Below are positions 63,415-64,000 of a DNA stretch of 64,000 nucleotides, one piece after another; position 1 is the stretch's first letter, and every line of letters begins with the position of its first letter. The notes below the pieces were generated by a model, which searched no databases, was not told where the DNA came from, and saw only the letters and a list, made by a program, of their open reading frames with translations. The translations under genes were made by a program, and so were the position numbers. The stretch is from Carcharhinus longimanus (lineage: Eukaryota), in the NCBI GenBank assembly GCA_030264375.1, contig JASCQW010000072.1, positions 28,730,789 through 28,794,788 on the forward strand, in the 5' to 3' direction.

Positions 63415-63706
63415 GAGCAGCAGTGGTTAGTGCTACTGCCGCACAACGCCTAATGACCCTGCTTCAATTCCGGCCTTGGTGACTGTCTCCCCATGTCTGC
63501 ATGGGTTTCCTCTTCCCAAAGTCCAAAATGTGTAGGTTAGGTAGATTAGCCTTGCTAAAATTGCCTCTTTGTGTAGGTTAGGGGGATTAGTGGGATAAAT
63601 ACATAGGGATAAGGAGAGAGGGCAAGAGTAGGGTGCTTTGTTAGAGACTTTCAGACTTAATAGACCGAATGGCCTCCTCCTCCACAGTAAGGGTTCTATG
63701 AGATTC
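63415..63706 (+). mobile_element. HE1-type V-SINE
   Basis: Head, shortened core and tail ggcctcctcctccacagtaagggttctatga. Confidence 0.8.
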
Positions 63707-63864
63707 CAACTACTCTCTGCTGGGTTATGGTGCTCTACATGTCACCTTCTAGCCCTCAATAGCACAAGATATTCGGTCACCTTGGCCTTTGACAGGTCAA
63801 TCAATACTTGGAGTGAATTCCCTTTCATTTGAGATGTCTAACTTTTGCTGTTTTAACAGAGTTT

Positions 63865-64000
63865 CCCCGTTGTGTACACGGCCTGGCCTTTCCCCTACAC
63901 CGACTGTGGCCACAGTCTAATGGCGGCGCTAAACGCGCCGTGGGCCGTTTTCCCCCGCGCTCCCTAACATCGTGAACAACTGGAAATGTAGGATATCCCC
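63865..64000. promoter_or_regulatory. Edge of a CpG-rich region, probably the ZNF277 promoter/exon 1 island
   Basis: Abrupt CpG density (ggcggcgctaaacgcgccgtgggccg, cccgcgc) in otherwise CpG-depleted DNA, on the side where the missing exon 1 must lie. Confidence 0.55.

Noticed and set aside
1-64000. CRISPR arrays, operons, rRNA or prokaryotic defence systems
   Set aside because: The sequence is vertebrate with spliceosomal introns, and no regularly spaced direct repeats were seen.

Overview
Eukaryotic genomic DNA from a cartilaginous fish (shark; HE1/V-SINE and CR1/HER1-type repeats), from a gapped draft assembly with about ten N-runs. There are two convergent spliced genes. (1) On +, the last four exons of a C-terminal-motor kinesin-14 (KIFC3-like) gene, 382-11174. 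Its splice sites and frame are intact, but several near-invariant motor residues are substituted (switch I SSRSH>SSCSH, switch II DLAGSER>DLAGSEC). (2) On -, ZNF277 exons 2-12 (60895-20693), all GT-AG and joining into one uninterrupted frame; exon 1 probably lies just beyond the CpG-rich window end. The rest is introns and intergenic DNA full of SINEs, CR1/L2 LINE fragments, a decayed Harbinger transposon, MITEs and Penelope-like remnants. One Penelope-like remnant carries a near-intact minimal hammerhead ribozyme (7703-7737) and another forms a 62-bp-arm hairpin (25033-25167). Most ORFs in the supplied track are repeat or chance artefacts. Family names come from recalled consensus motifs, not database searches. 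Exon coordinates were read base by base; repeat boundaries are approximate.
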